Made by a program: the position numbers and the translations under genes
From: an uncultured bacterium
Lineage (GTDB): Bacteria; Bacillota; Clostridia; Christensenellales; QALW01
Assembly (NCBI GenBank): GCA_905214315.1
Contig: CAJMLN010000004.1
Coordinates: forward strand, 14,521-78,520
Direction of reading: 5' to 3'
DNA length: 64,000 bases
The notes under the pieces: generated by a model
Database searches by the model: none
What the model was told of the DNA's origin: nothing
The model's input: only the letters and a program-made list of their open reading frames with translations
In this document: piece after piece, positions 9,280 through 17,576 of the stretch
Layout: every line of letters begins with the position of its first letter
Numbering within the stretch: position 1 is the stretch's first letter

Positions 9280-9837
9280 ATGGATTACGGTGCCAGTAGC
9301 TACCGCCGTTTCCTTGCAGGCGACGACAGCGGCCTTGCCGAAGTAATTCGGCTTTATAAGGACGGTTTGATGTTCTATATCAACGGTTATGTCAACAATC
9401 TCAGCACGGCGCAGGAGCTGACCGAGGATGTGTTTTTTTTACTGGCGGTGAAAAAGCCGCGCTTTCGGGAGGAGGCCCTGTTTAAAACCTGGCTGTATAC
9501 CATCGGGCGGAATCTGGCCCTCAACAGGCTGAAAAAGCTTTCGCGGCACAGGGAATACAGCCTGGAGGATTTTGCGTGCTCCGCCGCCGATAAAGAGCTG
9601 CTGGAGATCCGGTGCCTGAAAAATGAGCGCAACGCCTGCCTGTACCGGGCGATGGCACAGCTGAAGCCGGAATACCGGGAGGTTTTGCATCTGCTGTTCT
9701 TTGAGGGCATGAAAAACGCCGAGGCCGCAAGGGTGATGAAAAAGAACAGACGGCAGATTGAAAATCTCGTCTACCGGGCAAAGCGCTCCTTAAAAGCCCG
9801 TTTAGAAAAGGAGGATTTTGATGTTGAAGGATTGTAA
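9280..9837 (+). CDS. ECF-type RNA polymerase sigma-70 factor
   Basis: 185 aa. The region 2 pattern is 'DVFFLLAVKKPRF...FKTWLYTIGRNLALNRLKK'. The region 4 HTH is 'YREVLHLLFFEGMKNAEAARVMKKNRRQIENLVYRAKRSLK'. Confidence 0.85.
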   Translation: MDYGASSYRRFLAGDDSGLAEVIRLYKDGLMFYINGYVNNLSTAQELTEDVFFLLAVKKPRFREEALFKTWLYTIGRNLALNRLKKLSRHREYSLEDFACSAADKELLEIRCLKNERNACLYRAMAQLKPEYREVLHLLFFEGMKNAEAARVMKKNRRQIENLVYRAKRSLKARLEKEDFDVEGL

Positions 9838-10534
9838 TGAAATGACCCGCGATGTTTTAGCCCGCCGGGAGGCCTATAAGAAAAAAAGACGCCGCTTGTG
9901 TTTCGCCGCCGGGACGGCGGCCGCGGCTGTGCTCTGCTGCGCAGCAGTGGCTGCGCTTGCGCCGGGGCAGCCGGGACCAGAGCTGCACGTGATGGAAAGC
10001 GGCACGGCCGCTCCTTCTGCGACCACCTCGAACCCGCCGGAATATGAAATATCGCTTTTTGTCAACGAGCTTGACAAAAACGCCGCCGGCGCGCTGCGGG
10101 CGGATGCGGATATTCAGGTTTTGCCTCTGTCGGAGACGGAAACGATTCCGCAGCTGCAGTTTTTAAAAGAGCTGGCGCTGCCGGAAATGCTGACCGAGAG
10201 AACGGTCTCTGCCGTTTACGTGCGGTCCGACCGGGATATTGCGGAATATAACCGCCTGTATGAATATATCTGCCGGTTTTCCGACCAAAATTCGGAAAAA
10301 GAACTGTGCGTGGCGTTTTCTTCAAACGGAAAGCCGATCCGGGATTATCTCTTTGATGACGAGGGCGCCAGGGTTTCCCGTATCAACGGCGTGGAAATGA
10401 CGGTTTTTCGGTATGAGGAGATCCTGTACACCGAGTTTACCGCCGGCGGACTGTTTTTTGACCTGGAGGCGCAGGGACTTTCCCAGGAGGAATTTGCACT
10501 TTGCGCGGCGGAGATTCTTCAGCAATTTTGCTGA
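9818..10534 (+). CDS. Putative membrane-anchored anti-sigma factor / sigma-associated protein
   Basis: Overlaps the sigma gene by 20 nt. It has a basic stretch 'KKKRRR' and then one Ala-rich TM helix. The extracytoplasmic domain has no motif I recognise. Confidence 0.45.
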   Translation: MMLKDCNEMTRDVLARREAYKKKRRRLCFAAGTAAAAVLCCAAVAALAPGQPGPELHVMESGTAAPSATTSNPPEYEISLFVNELDKNAAGALRADADIQVLPLSETETIPQLQFLKELALPEMLTERTVSAVYVRSDRDIAEYNRLYEYICRFSDQNSEKELCVAFSSNGKPIRDYLFDDEGARVSRINGVEMTVFRYEEILYTEFTAGGLFFDLEAQGLSQEEFALCAAEILQQFC

Positions 10535-10793
10535 AGAGGAAAGCCTTTTTCTAAGCTGCTTTGAAAGAATGCCGAGATCTCCTTACAAATGGCAAGACAA
10601 ACAGCTGCTCTGCTGCCATCAATGGGCAGGCGCAGGAAATATTTCTTTGGCCGGTAAGGGAAACGGTGGAAAAGCATGATGTAACGGAAAAACTTAAAGA
10701 AGATCAGCTCATGGCATGGATTGGAAAGAGGATATTTAAAGCTGTACCAGAGAGTGCGTGAACAGCGAATTGATTTTTGCATAACACAAAAAT

Positions 10794-10835
10794 GAAGCGA
10801 GGATATTTTTAACGATATCTTCGCTTTGCTTTTTT
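10794..10835 (+). terminator. Rho-independent terminator after the sigma/anti-sigma pair
   Basis: 12-13 bp stem (gaagcgaggatat / atatcttcgcttt, with G-U wobbles) followed by gcttttttac. Confidence 0.5.
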
Positions 10836-10937
10836 ACTGAAAGAACTGACCGCCCTTTTTCGGAACAGAGATACTGACCGATATTTCGCCTCGGCGGGGC
10901 ATTTTATGAGAAACCTGAAAATTTTTTGATTTGCCTA

Positions 10938-10966
10938 TTGACAAAAGTTCGACAACGTACTATAAT
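10938..10966 (+). promoter_or_regulatory. Consensus sigma-A promoter for the MarR/flavodoxin cluster
   Basis: TTGACA, a 17-nt spacer, then TATAAT (both hexamers perfect), about 40 nt upstream of the marR-like start. Confidence 0.6.
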
Positions 10967-11006
10967 AAAAATACGATAAAGAACTATTGGAGATGGAGCG
11001 CGCCTT

Positions 11007-11441
11007 ATGGATGCAAAAAGATTTTTTTATGATTTTGGAAAAGCAATTTACCATGTTGACGCAGTTTATGAGGATTTTGCAAAGGAAAGCGGTGTAACAT
11101 CCCCGACTCTGCTTTGGATACTTTACGCTTTAAACGACGGCAGGGAGCATACGCAGCGGGAAATATGCGTGGATTGGGAGCTGCCTAAAAGCACGGTGAA
11201 TACCGTGATGACAGAGTTAAAGAAAAACGAATATGTAGAGCTTATTCCCATCAGGGGAAAGCGCAGGGAAATGACCATTGTGCTGACGCAAAGCGGGAAG
11301 ACGTATGCTGCCGCTCTGCTTGCGGGAATTTATAAAAAAGAGGCGGAAGTATTCAGGCAGTTGGATGCCGATGACCGGCAGATTATCTATCGGCTTGAAA
11401 AAATTGTTGCTCTCCTCAGAGAAAAGAAGGATTCGGAATGA
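11007..11441 (+). CDS. MarR-family transcriptional regulator
   Basis: 144 aa with a winged-HTH pattern ('TQREICVDWELPKSTVNTVMTELKKNEYVEL...RREMTIVLTQSGK'). Confidence 0.85.
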   Translation: MDAKRFFYDFGKAIYHVDAVYEDFAKESGVTSPTLLWILYALNDGREHTQREICVDWELPKSTVNTVMTELKKNEYVELIPIRGKRREMTIVLTQSGKTYAAALLAGIYKKEAEVFRQLDADDRQIIYRLEKIVALLREKKDSE

Positions 11442-11949
11442 AGGTGGTGGTGTTGCGGGGAAGTCTGCACAAAAACGGTTTTTCCAATCTACTTGCAGGG
11501 GAATTTGTCAGGAGCGCGGAAGAAGCGGGACATAGGGTACAGGTTCTGGATGCGGCGCATAGGAAGATGCATCCGTGTCTCGGCTGCGGTCATTGTGGAA
11601 TGGATGGAGAATGTGTTGGATGATAACCGCATGATCCAGGGTACGCTGCTCGGCGCTGACACAGTGGTGTTCGTTACGCCGATTTATTATTTCGGAATGT
11701 CGGCACAGCTCAAAATGGTGATTACAGTTATACCGCGAAATTATCTGTGAAGCATTTGAACGCAGTGCTGATTACCGCCGCATGGGACGGGGACGATGAT
11801 GGAACGCCCTATACGGCGGAGCATTATAAAAAGCTGTGCCGTTATATGAATTTTGAAAATTGCGGTATGGTTCTCGGTATGGGATGCCATCCAGGACAAG
11901 AAACTCGAAGCACATGAAAGAAGCATATAAACTCGGAAAAAAGATTTAA
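11438..11949 (+). pseudogene. Frameshifted NADPH-dependent FMN reductase / iron-sulfur flavoprotein-like gene
   Basis: One homologous protein is spread over three or more frames. The pieces are 'MKVVVLRGSLHKNGFSNLLAGEF...CLGCGHCGMDGEC' (frame a), 'DDNRMIQGTLLGADTVVFVTPIYYFGMSAQLKMVI' (frame b) and 'KHLNAVLITAAWDGDDD...YMNFENCGMVLGMGC' (frame a). The natural-looking C-terminus 'EAYKLGKKI*' is in yet another frame. Confidence 0.7.
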
Positions 11950-11962
11950 GGAGGATATACCA

Positions 11963-12445
11963 ATGTCAAAGATTTTAGTTGCTTATTTTTCGGCAAGCGG
12001 AGAAACAGCCCGCCTTGCGAAAACGATTGCGGATATCACGGGCGGCGATCTTCACGAAATTATGCCCGCACAGCCTTATACCGCGGCTGATTTGAATTGG
12101 CAGGACAAGGACAGCCGTTCCAGCGTGGAAATGCAGAACCCCGCTTCCCGTCCGGCAATCGGAAACTCGGTGAAAAATATGGAAAATTATGATACCGTGT
12201 TTGTCGGCTTTCCGATTTGGTGGTATGTAGCGCCTGCCATTATAAATACCTTTCTTGAAGGCTATGATTTTTCCGGCAAAACAATCATCCCGTTTGCTAC
12301 CTCCGGCGGCAGCGGCATGGGGAAAACGGATGCGCTTCTTCAAAAGTGCTGCTCCCATGATGCCCAGTGGAGGCCCGGCAAACGCATGAGCAGCCGTGAA
12401 AGCGCCGCGTCCGTAAAGAAATGGATTGATAGTCTGAATTTTTAA
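11963..12445 (+). CDS. Flavodoxin (Flavodoxin_4-like), cytoplasmic
   Basis: 160 aa. 'KILVAYFSASGETARLAKTIA' is the FMN phosphate loop and 'VGFPIWWYVAP' and 'FATSGGSG' follow. No signal peptide is present. Confidence 0.8.
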   Translation: MSKILVAYFSASGETARLAKTIADITGGDLHEIMPAQPYTAADLNWQDKDSRSSVEMQNPASRPAIGNSVKNMENYDTVFVGFPIWWYVAPAIINTFLEGYDFSGKTIIPFATSGGSGMGKTDALLQKCCSHDAQWRPGKRMSSRESAASVKKWIDSLNF

Positions 12446-12463
12446 GGAAAGAGGTATGAAAGG

Positions 12464-13168
12464 ATGAAAAGATTTATTCCGCTGTTTTTAGCAATGATTA
12501 TGGTATTTTCTGCCTGTGCAGGAGAAAATTCTTCAAATTCAGGTAGTACGCCAAACAACGCGCAGAACGAGCAGCAAAGCATTTCCGGTACGGAGGACTC
12601 AAGCAGCACTGCCAACCTGCAGCCGGCAAGCAGCGAACCGGAAGCTTTTGCCGGGACAAATACCGAGCCGCCCGGACAAAGCACTAAAATACTCGTTGCT
12701 TATTTTTCGGCAACCGGCACCACGAAACAGATTGCAGAACACGCAGCAAATGCGATGGGCGCCGATCTTTATGAGATCACTCCCGCACAGCCCTATACAT
12801 CGGAGGATTTGAACTACAATGACAAAAATAGCCGTTCCACAAAAGAGATGGACGATCCCTCCTGCCGCCCTCAGATCAGCGGCGGTGTAGAAAACATGGC
12901 AGATTATGATATCGTTTTTATCGGCTATCCCATTTGGTGGGGTGAAGCGCCGAGAATCGTATCTACTTTTGTGGAAAGCTATGACTTTTCCGGTAAGACG
13001 GTTGTAACGTTTTCTACCTCCGGCGGCAGCGGACACAATGACCGCAGCATTAAGAACCTTGCAGGCAGTGCAAACTGGATCACCGGCACAAGAATCAGAA
13101 ATAATGCTTTACGTTCCGATGTTGTAAATTGGATTAACGGTCTTAACCTTAACATAACAGCAGAATAA
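12464..13168 (+). CDS. Lipoprotein with an extracytoplasmic flavodoxin domain
   Basis: Signal peptide with lipobox 'MVFSAC', then a low-complexity S/N/E/P linker. A paralogous flavodoxin domain follows ('KILVAYFSATGTTKQIAE', 'IGYPIWWGEAP', 'FSTSGGSG'). Confidence 0.75.
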   Translation: MKRFIPLFLAMIMVFSACAGENSSNSGSTPNNAQNEQQSISGTEDSSSTANLQPASSEPEAFAGTNTEPPGQSTKILVAYFSATGTTKQIAEHAANAMGADLYEITPAQPYTSEDLNYNDKNSRSTKEMDDPSCRPQISGGVENMADYDIVFIGYPIWWGEAPRIVSTFVESYDFSGKTVVTFSTSGGSGHNDRSIKNLAGSANWITGTRIRNNALRSDVVNWINGLNLNITAE

Positions 13169-13184
13169 GAAAAAAGGTGCGCGG

Positions 13185-13961
13185 GTGAATAAGAATATTT
13201 CGGTTAAAAAAGCAATGAAATACATCGTGGATATTGTCATGCTCCTTCTGCTTCCCGCACTGATGGCGGAAATGCTGATGGGGCAGGAAATCCACGAGTG
13301 GATAGGCGTGATCAGCTTTATCGCTTTTGCTGCGCATCATATTTTGAATTACCGCTGGTGGGCGGCGCTCTTTCAGGGAAACTATACCCCTGTGCGGTGC
13401 CTTGTTACCGCAGTCAATTTGCTGCTTCTTGCAGATATTTTTGCGCTGATAACAAGCGGCGTTATGATAAGTGGCTTTGTATTGGAATGGCTGCACATAT
13501 CTGGCGGAATGTTGATTGCAAGAAAACTGCACTTGTCAGCTTCCTACTGGGGTTTGATTCTGATGTCGGCGCACATTGGGTTTCACGCCTGTGCAGGGGC
13601 GGCCCCCCTTAAAGAGAAGAAAGCCAGCATCGCATGGATAACGCGGACTTTAGCGATTGTTGTCTCCATATATGGCATTTATGCTTTTTTCTCGCAGAAG
13701 ATTTCAAACTATCTGTTCTTTCAAACGCACTTTGTTTTTTACGATGAAGCAAAGCCGGCCCTTGTATTTATAAGCGAAACGGTTGCGCTGATCGTGCTGT
13801 TTGCGACTGTATTCTACTACCTGCGGAAACTGCTTGCGAAGATCAACTGCAAGGAAAGCACACAAAAGCTGTTCAAGTGGCTTGCGTTTCTGCTGCCGCT
13901 TTCTATCTGCCTGACGGTTGCCTTGAGCATCGGTATCGGCAGTACCTCTGCTCCGTTGTAG
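13185..13961 (+). CDS. Polytopic membrane protein, DUF4405-like (cytochrome b-like His pattern)
   Basis: 258 aa with about 6 hydrophobic helices. Conserved-looking His residues sit in the helices: 'IHEWIGVISFIAFAAHHILNYRWW' and 'KLHLSASYWGLILMSAHIGFH'. Confidence 0.55.
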   Translation: MNKNISVKKAMKYIVDIVMLLLLPALMAEMLMGQEIHEWIGVISFIAFAAHHILNYRWWAALFQGNYTPVRCLVTAVNLLLLADIFALITSGVMISGFVLEWLHISGGMLIARKLHLSASYWGLILMSAHIGFHACAGAAPLKEKKASIAWITRTLAIVVSIYGIYAFFSQKISNYLFFQTHFVFYDEAKPALVFISETVALIVLFATVFYYLRKLLAKINCKESTQKLFKWLAFLLPLSICLTVALSIGIGSTSAPL

Positions 13962-14536
13962 GGGACTGTTCCTGCCGGTTCGGGCACAGAGCTTTCTTCA
14001 AGCAAAGCTGAAACGATATCTAATGATTCGGTTCTTTTGCCGAAATATGTAGTGATAAAAGGTGGGCAGTCGTGAGGGCGAGATATGGCGTATGGAGGTT
14101 GAAGCACCGTACGGCGTAACTATTGTTTTACATCAGTCCTTATAAAACGATGCAAAAGAGAATGGAATTATGGAAATATCCGGGTTCTCCGGTGACGACC
14201 TCCCGCGGGTCCTCGTGGCTTGACGCGGTTTTTTCCGCAAGGCAAGAGTGAGAAGGCAGCTGCGGCACCCCTCTACACAATCCATGGAAATAATGTGAAA
14301 TGGAACAGAAGCGCTGCCGGCCGCCGTCTTTCCATGGAAGCGGAGCGGACGCCTGCTGCGCGGAGAATCCCAACCCTCGCCCGGTGCAGCTGTGCCTTGG
14401 GGCATTATTTTGGGGCTCATCTGTTAGGTTGAAGCGCGAAAATAAGCTTTCCTTTTGAGATGCCAGGGGGAGGACTTTGACAAAGAAGCGAGAGAATAAA
14501 ATTCTATAGAAAATTTTCGTTTTTTCACAAATTTGG

Positions 14537-14563
14537 CCGCGCCGTTTACAGCGCGGTTTTATT
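14537..14563 (+). terminator. Terminator-like hairpin inside the ORF-free gap
   Basis: Stem ccgcgc / gcgcgg (6 GC-rich bp, 8-nt loop) followed by ttttatta. No coding gene lies upstream of it. Confidence 0.4.
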
Positions 14564-14794
14564 ATGCTATCATACGCTGCAAAAGGGAGCGAAATTTGCG
14601 GCGTTTATAAAAAAGAATACAGCAAATTTTATCTGTCTCCAGATTCGCCGTATATCGTGGAAATTTCCCCGATAAAAAAGAAAGATCCCTGGGGTTTTTG
14701 ATAAAAGGTCTGCTTTTAGGATAAAAGGAAGAACATTAAAGGACAGAATACTCCTTTTAAATGTAAAACATTTCCATTTGCTTGCGGATTCGTA

Positions 14795-14822
14795 TTGACA
14801 GGCGTTTGATTCCGGCTATAAT
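14795..14822 (+). promoter_or_regulatory. Sigma-A promoter for the glycosyltransferase gene
   Basis: TTGACA, a 16-nt spacer, then TATAAT, 40 nt upstream of the ATG at 14863. An AAGGAG Shine-Dalgarno sequence precedes the start. Confidence 0.6.
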
Positions 14823-14862
14823 ATAACTATAGAAATTTTGACCGCAGCAAAGGAGCAACTGA

Positions 14863-15963
14863 ATGAAATTACTGATACTTACCTGCAATACGGGGCAGGG
14901 GCATAACTCCACCGCAGGCTCGATATCGGAAAAATTTATAAACAGCGGCTGCGAATGCACCGCGGCGGATTCCCTTGCGTTTTTATCCCAGAAAATGTCC
15001 CGGTTTATCAGCTCCTGGCACACAAGGATCTATCGCCATGCGCCCATCCTTTTTGACCAGGGCTATGAATATGCCGAAAAACATCCTTCGGTGTTTGCCG
15101 ATGAATCCATGGCCTATAATTTTTTCGGCCATGGCGTCAACAAGCTCAACCGCTATATGGAAGAGGGCGGCTATGACGGCGTTTTGTGCGTACATCCGTT
15201 TTCTGCCATTATGCTTACCGAAACTCTGCGCCGCTTTCCCAAAGCAGTGAAAACGGGGCTTGTGGCTACCGACTATACCTGCAGTCCCAGCGTGGCGGAC
15301 AGCCGGATGGATTTTTACTTTATCCCGCATGCATCGCTTACGCAGGAATTTATTTCCTGCGGTGTACCGGCGGAAAAGATTGTTGCCAGCGGAATCCCTG
15401 TAAAGCAGGCGTTTTTTGCGCGTGAAAGCAAGGCCGATGCCAAGCGGGCGTTTGGCCTTGCGCCCGATGCGCGCCATGTGCTGCTGATGTGCGGCAGCAT
15501 GGGCTGCGGGCCGATTGAGGAGCTGGCGCTGGAGGTGAGCGGCCGGCTGCCCGCAGGGGCGGTGCTTACCGTGGCCTGCGGCACGAACGAGCGCCTGAAG
15601 AAAAAGCTGGAAAAGGCGGAACGGGCAAATCTGCGCGTGCTGGGATATACCGATCAGATCTCCCGGCTGATGGACAGCGCCGACCTGTATATGACCAAGC
15701 CCGGCGGACTGAGCGTGACCGAGGCCGCCGTAAAACGGCTGCCGATGCTGTTTGTGGATGCGGTTTCCGGCTGCGAAAGCTATAACAAGAGCTTCTTTCT
15801 TTCCCGGCATATGGCCGCGGCAGTGGATTCTCCCGACCGGCTGGCACAGGAATGCGTCAGGCTGCTGTCGGACCGCGAGGCTCTGGCGGCGCAGGCAGAG
15901 GCAATGGAAGCCGAATTCCGTACAAATCCGGCCGACAGTATCTTTCAGACCTTTTCTTCTTGA
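14863..15963 (+). CDS. Diacylglycerol glycosyltransferase (MGDG synthase / UgtP-like, GT28)
   Basis: 366 aa. The N-terminus 'MKLLILTCNTGQGHNSTA' matches the UgtP/MGDG-synthase signature ('LILTANYGNGH'). Confidence 0.75.
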   Translation: MKLLILTCNTGQGHNSTAGSISEKFINSGCECTAADSLAFLSQKMSRFISSWHTRIYRHAPILFDQGYEYAEKHPSVFADESMAYNFFGHGVNKLNRYMEEGGYDGVLCVHPFSAIMLTETLRRFPKAVKTGLVATDYTCSPSVADSRMDFYFIPHASLTQEFISCGVPAEKIVASGIPVKQAFFARESKADAKRAFGLAPDARHVLLMCGSMGCGPIEELALEVSGRLPAGAVLTVACGTNERLKKKLEKAERANLRVLGYTDQISRLMDSADLYMTKPGGLSVTEAAVKRLPMLFVDAVSGCESYNKSFFLSRHMAAAVDSPDRLAQECVRLLSDREALAAQAEAMEAEFRTNPADSIFQTFSS

Positions 15964-16010
15964 ATTCCGCGGCGGAAAAAACGGCTTGTCAAAATTACAT
16001 AGGATAAGGA

Positions 16011-16037
16011 AAACCGGAATAATCCGGTTTTTTGTTT
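16011..16037 (+). terminator. Rho-independent terminator
   Basis: aaaccgga-ataa-tccggttt followed by tttgttttt. Confidence 0.6.
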
Positions 16038-16172
16038 TTATGCAAAACCTATAAAAGACGGAAATCAGTGTAAAAAATCTTTGCCTAAAAATGTCTTTTC
16101 ATATATAATAATATAATATATATTCGTTAATAAGCGGCCTTTGGCGCTTTGTGCCGGCCGGGGAGGAAAAAC

Positions 16173-17573
16173 GTGCAGCTGCGCAGAATCGAACGCTTTG
16201 AAAACACTTCCGGAGCGGAATACATACAAAAAATAAATACCTTGCTGAAGCAAACGCCGCGCACCTATTTTGTGGAAACCTACGGCTGCCAAATGAACGT
16301 GCGGGATTCCCAAACGCTGGCGGGGCTGTTGGAGCGCATGGGCTACACGCCCGCCCAAAAGAGGGAGGAAGCCGACGCGGTTATCTTCAACACCTGCTGC
16401 GTGCGCGAGGGCGCCGAGGAGCGGTTGCTGGGGAATTTGGGCGTTTTAAAGCCTTTAAAGCAGCAAAGGCCGGATATGCTTATCATGGTATGCGGCTGCA
16501 TGATGCAGGAGCCGGGCATGGCCGAATCCATCCGCCGCCGGTTCCGGTTTGTGGACGTCGTTTTCGGCACCCATAACACCCACTGCCTGCCGGAGCTGAT
16601 GTATAAGGCCTTAACACAGCGCACGCCGGCCTATCAGCTGTGGGAAAAAGAACAGGGCATTGTGGAGGATATGCCCGTGCGGCGCGAGAACTCGGCCTCG
16701 GCGTGGGTTAACATTATGTACGGGTGCAACAACTTCTGCTCCTACTGCATCGTACCCTATGTGCGCGGCCGGGAGCGTTCCCGCCAAAGCGGGGATATTC
16801 TCCGCGAGGCACGCGCGCTGGCCGAGCAGGGCGTTAAGGAAATTACCCTTTTGGGGCAAAACGTCAATTCCTACGGCAAGGAGAGCGATGAAATCTCCTT
16901 TCCGGCTCTGCTGAAAAAATTAGATGAAATCGACGGCCTGGAGCGCATCCGTTTTATGACCAGCCACCCGAAGGATCTTTCGGATGAACTGATTGAAACA
17001 ATGGCTTCCGGCCGGCACATCTGCCGCTATATTCATCTGCCCGTGCAGTCCGGGTCAAACCGAATCCTTTCCTTAATGAACCGGCGCTACAGCCGCGAGG
17101 ATTATTTTACTCTAATCGAAAAACTGCGGCGTGCCATGCCGGATATTGCGGTCTCCACCGATATTATCGTCGGCTTTCCCACCGAAACGGAACAGGATTT
17201 TGAAGATACCTTGGATTTATACAAGCGCGTAGGCTTTCACTCGGCTTTTACGTTTATCTATTCCAAACGCGCCGGCACGCCGGCGGCCGAAATGGCGGGG
17301 CAGGTATATGAGCGCGACGCCAAAGCGCGCATCGCAAAGCTGATTGCGCTTGCCGAAGAATGTACGCTGGCGGCCAACCAAAAATATGTAGGCAAAAGCT
17401 ATCCTGTTTTGGTAGAGGGCGTTTCCAGGCGCGATAAGCAAATGGTTTCCGGCCGTACCGAATGCGGCCGGATGGTCAGCTTTCCCGGCTCAAAGGAGCT
17501 GATAGGCAAAATTGTACCGGTAAAAATTGTGGAGGCCAAACTCAACACGCTTTTAGGCAAGATGGAGGAATAA
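16173..17573 (+). CDS. miaB: tRNA-2-methylthio-N6-dimethylallyladenosine synthase
   Basis: 'YFVETYGCQMN' belongs to the UPF0004 cluster, 'GCNNFCSYCIVPYVRG' is the radical-SAM CxxxCxxC motif, and a C-terminal TRAM domain is present. I prefer the GTG start at 16173 (GGGAGG 7 nt upstream) over the ORF-track start at 16149. Confidence 0.9.
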   Translation: MQLRRIERFENTSGAEYIQKINTLLKQTPRTYFVETYGCQMNVRDSQTLAGLLERMGYTPAQKREEADAVIFNTCCVREGAEERLLGNLGVLKPLKQQRPDMLIMVCGCMMQEPGMAESIRRRFRFVDVVFGTHNTHCLPELMYKALTQRTPAYQLWEKEQGIVEDMPVRRENSASAWVNIMYGCNNFCSYCIVPYVRGRERSRQSGDILREARALAEQGVKEITLLGQNVNSYGKESDEISFPALLKKLDEIDGLERIRFMTSHPKDLSDELIETMASGRHICRYIHLPVQSGSNRILSLMNRRYSREDYFTLIEKLRRAMPDIAVSTDIIVGFPTETEQDFEDTLDLYKRVGFHSAFTFIYSKRAGTPAAEMAGQVYERDAKARIAKLIALAEECTLAANQKYVGKSYPVLVEGVSRRDKQMVSGRTECGRMVSFPGSKELIGKIVPVKIVEAKLNTLLGKMEE

Positions 17574-17576
17574 AAG

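Noticed and set aside
10535-10800. Small ORFs (66-88 aa) in the gap after the anti-sigma gene
   Set aside because: They overlap one another in different frames, lack Shine-Dalgarno sequences, and have odd composition. The region is better explained as a 3' UTR plus terminator (10794-10835).
14100-14460. Tested the GC-rich non-coding core against known RNA families: RNase P (GGAAAGUCCGGGC / ACAGAA...), tmRNA ends, 6S long hairpin, B12 box and T-box
   Set aside because: None of the diagnostic conserved cores is present on either strand. It is therefore reported only as an unclassified candidate and not called as a known ncRNA feature.
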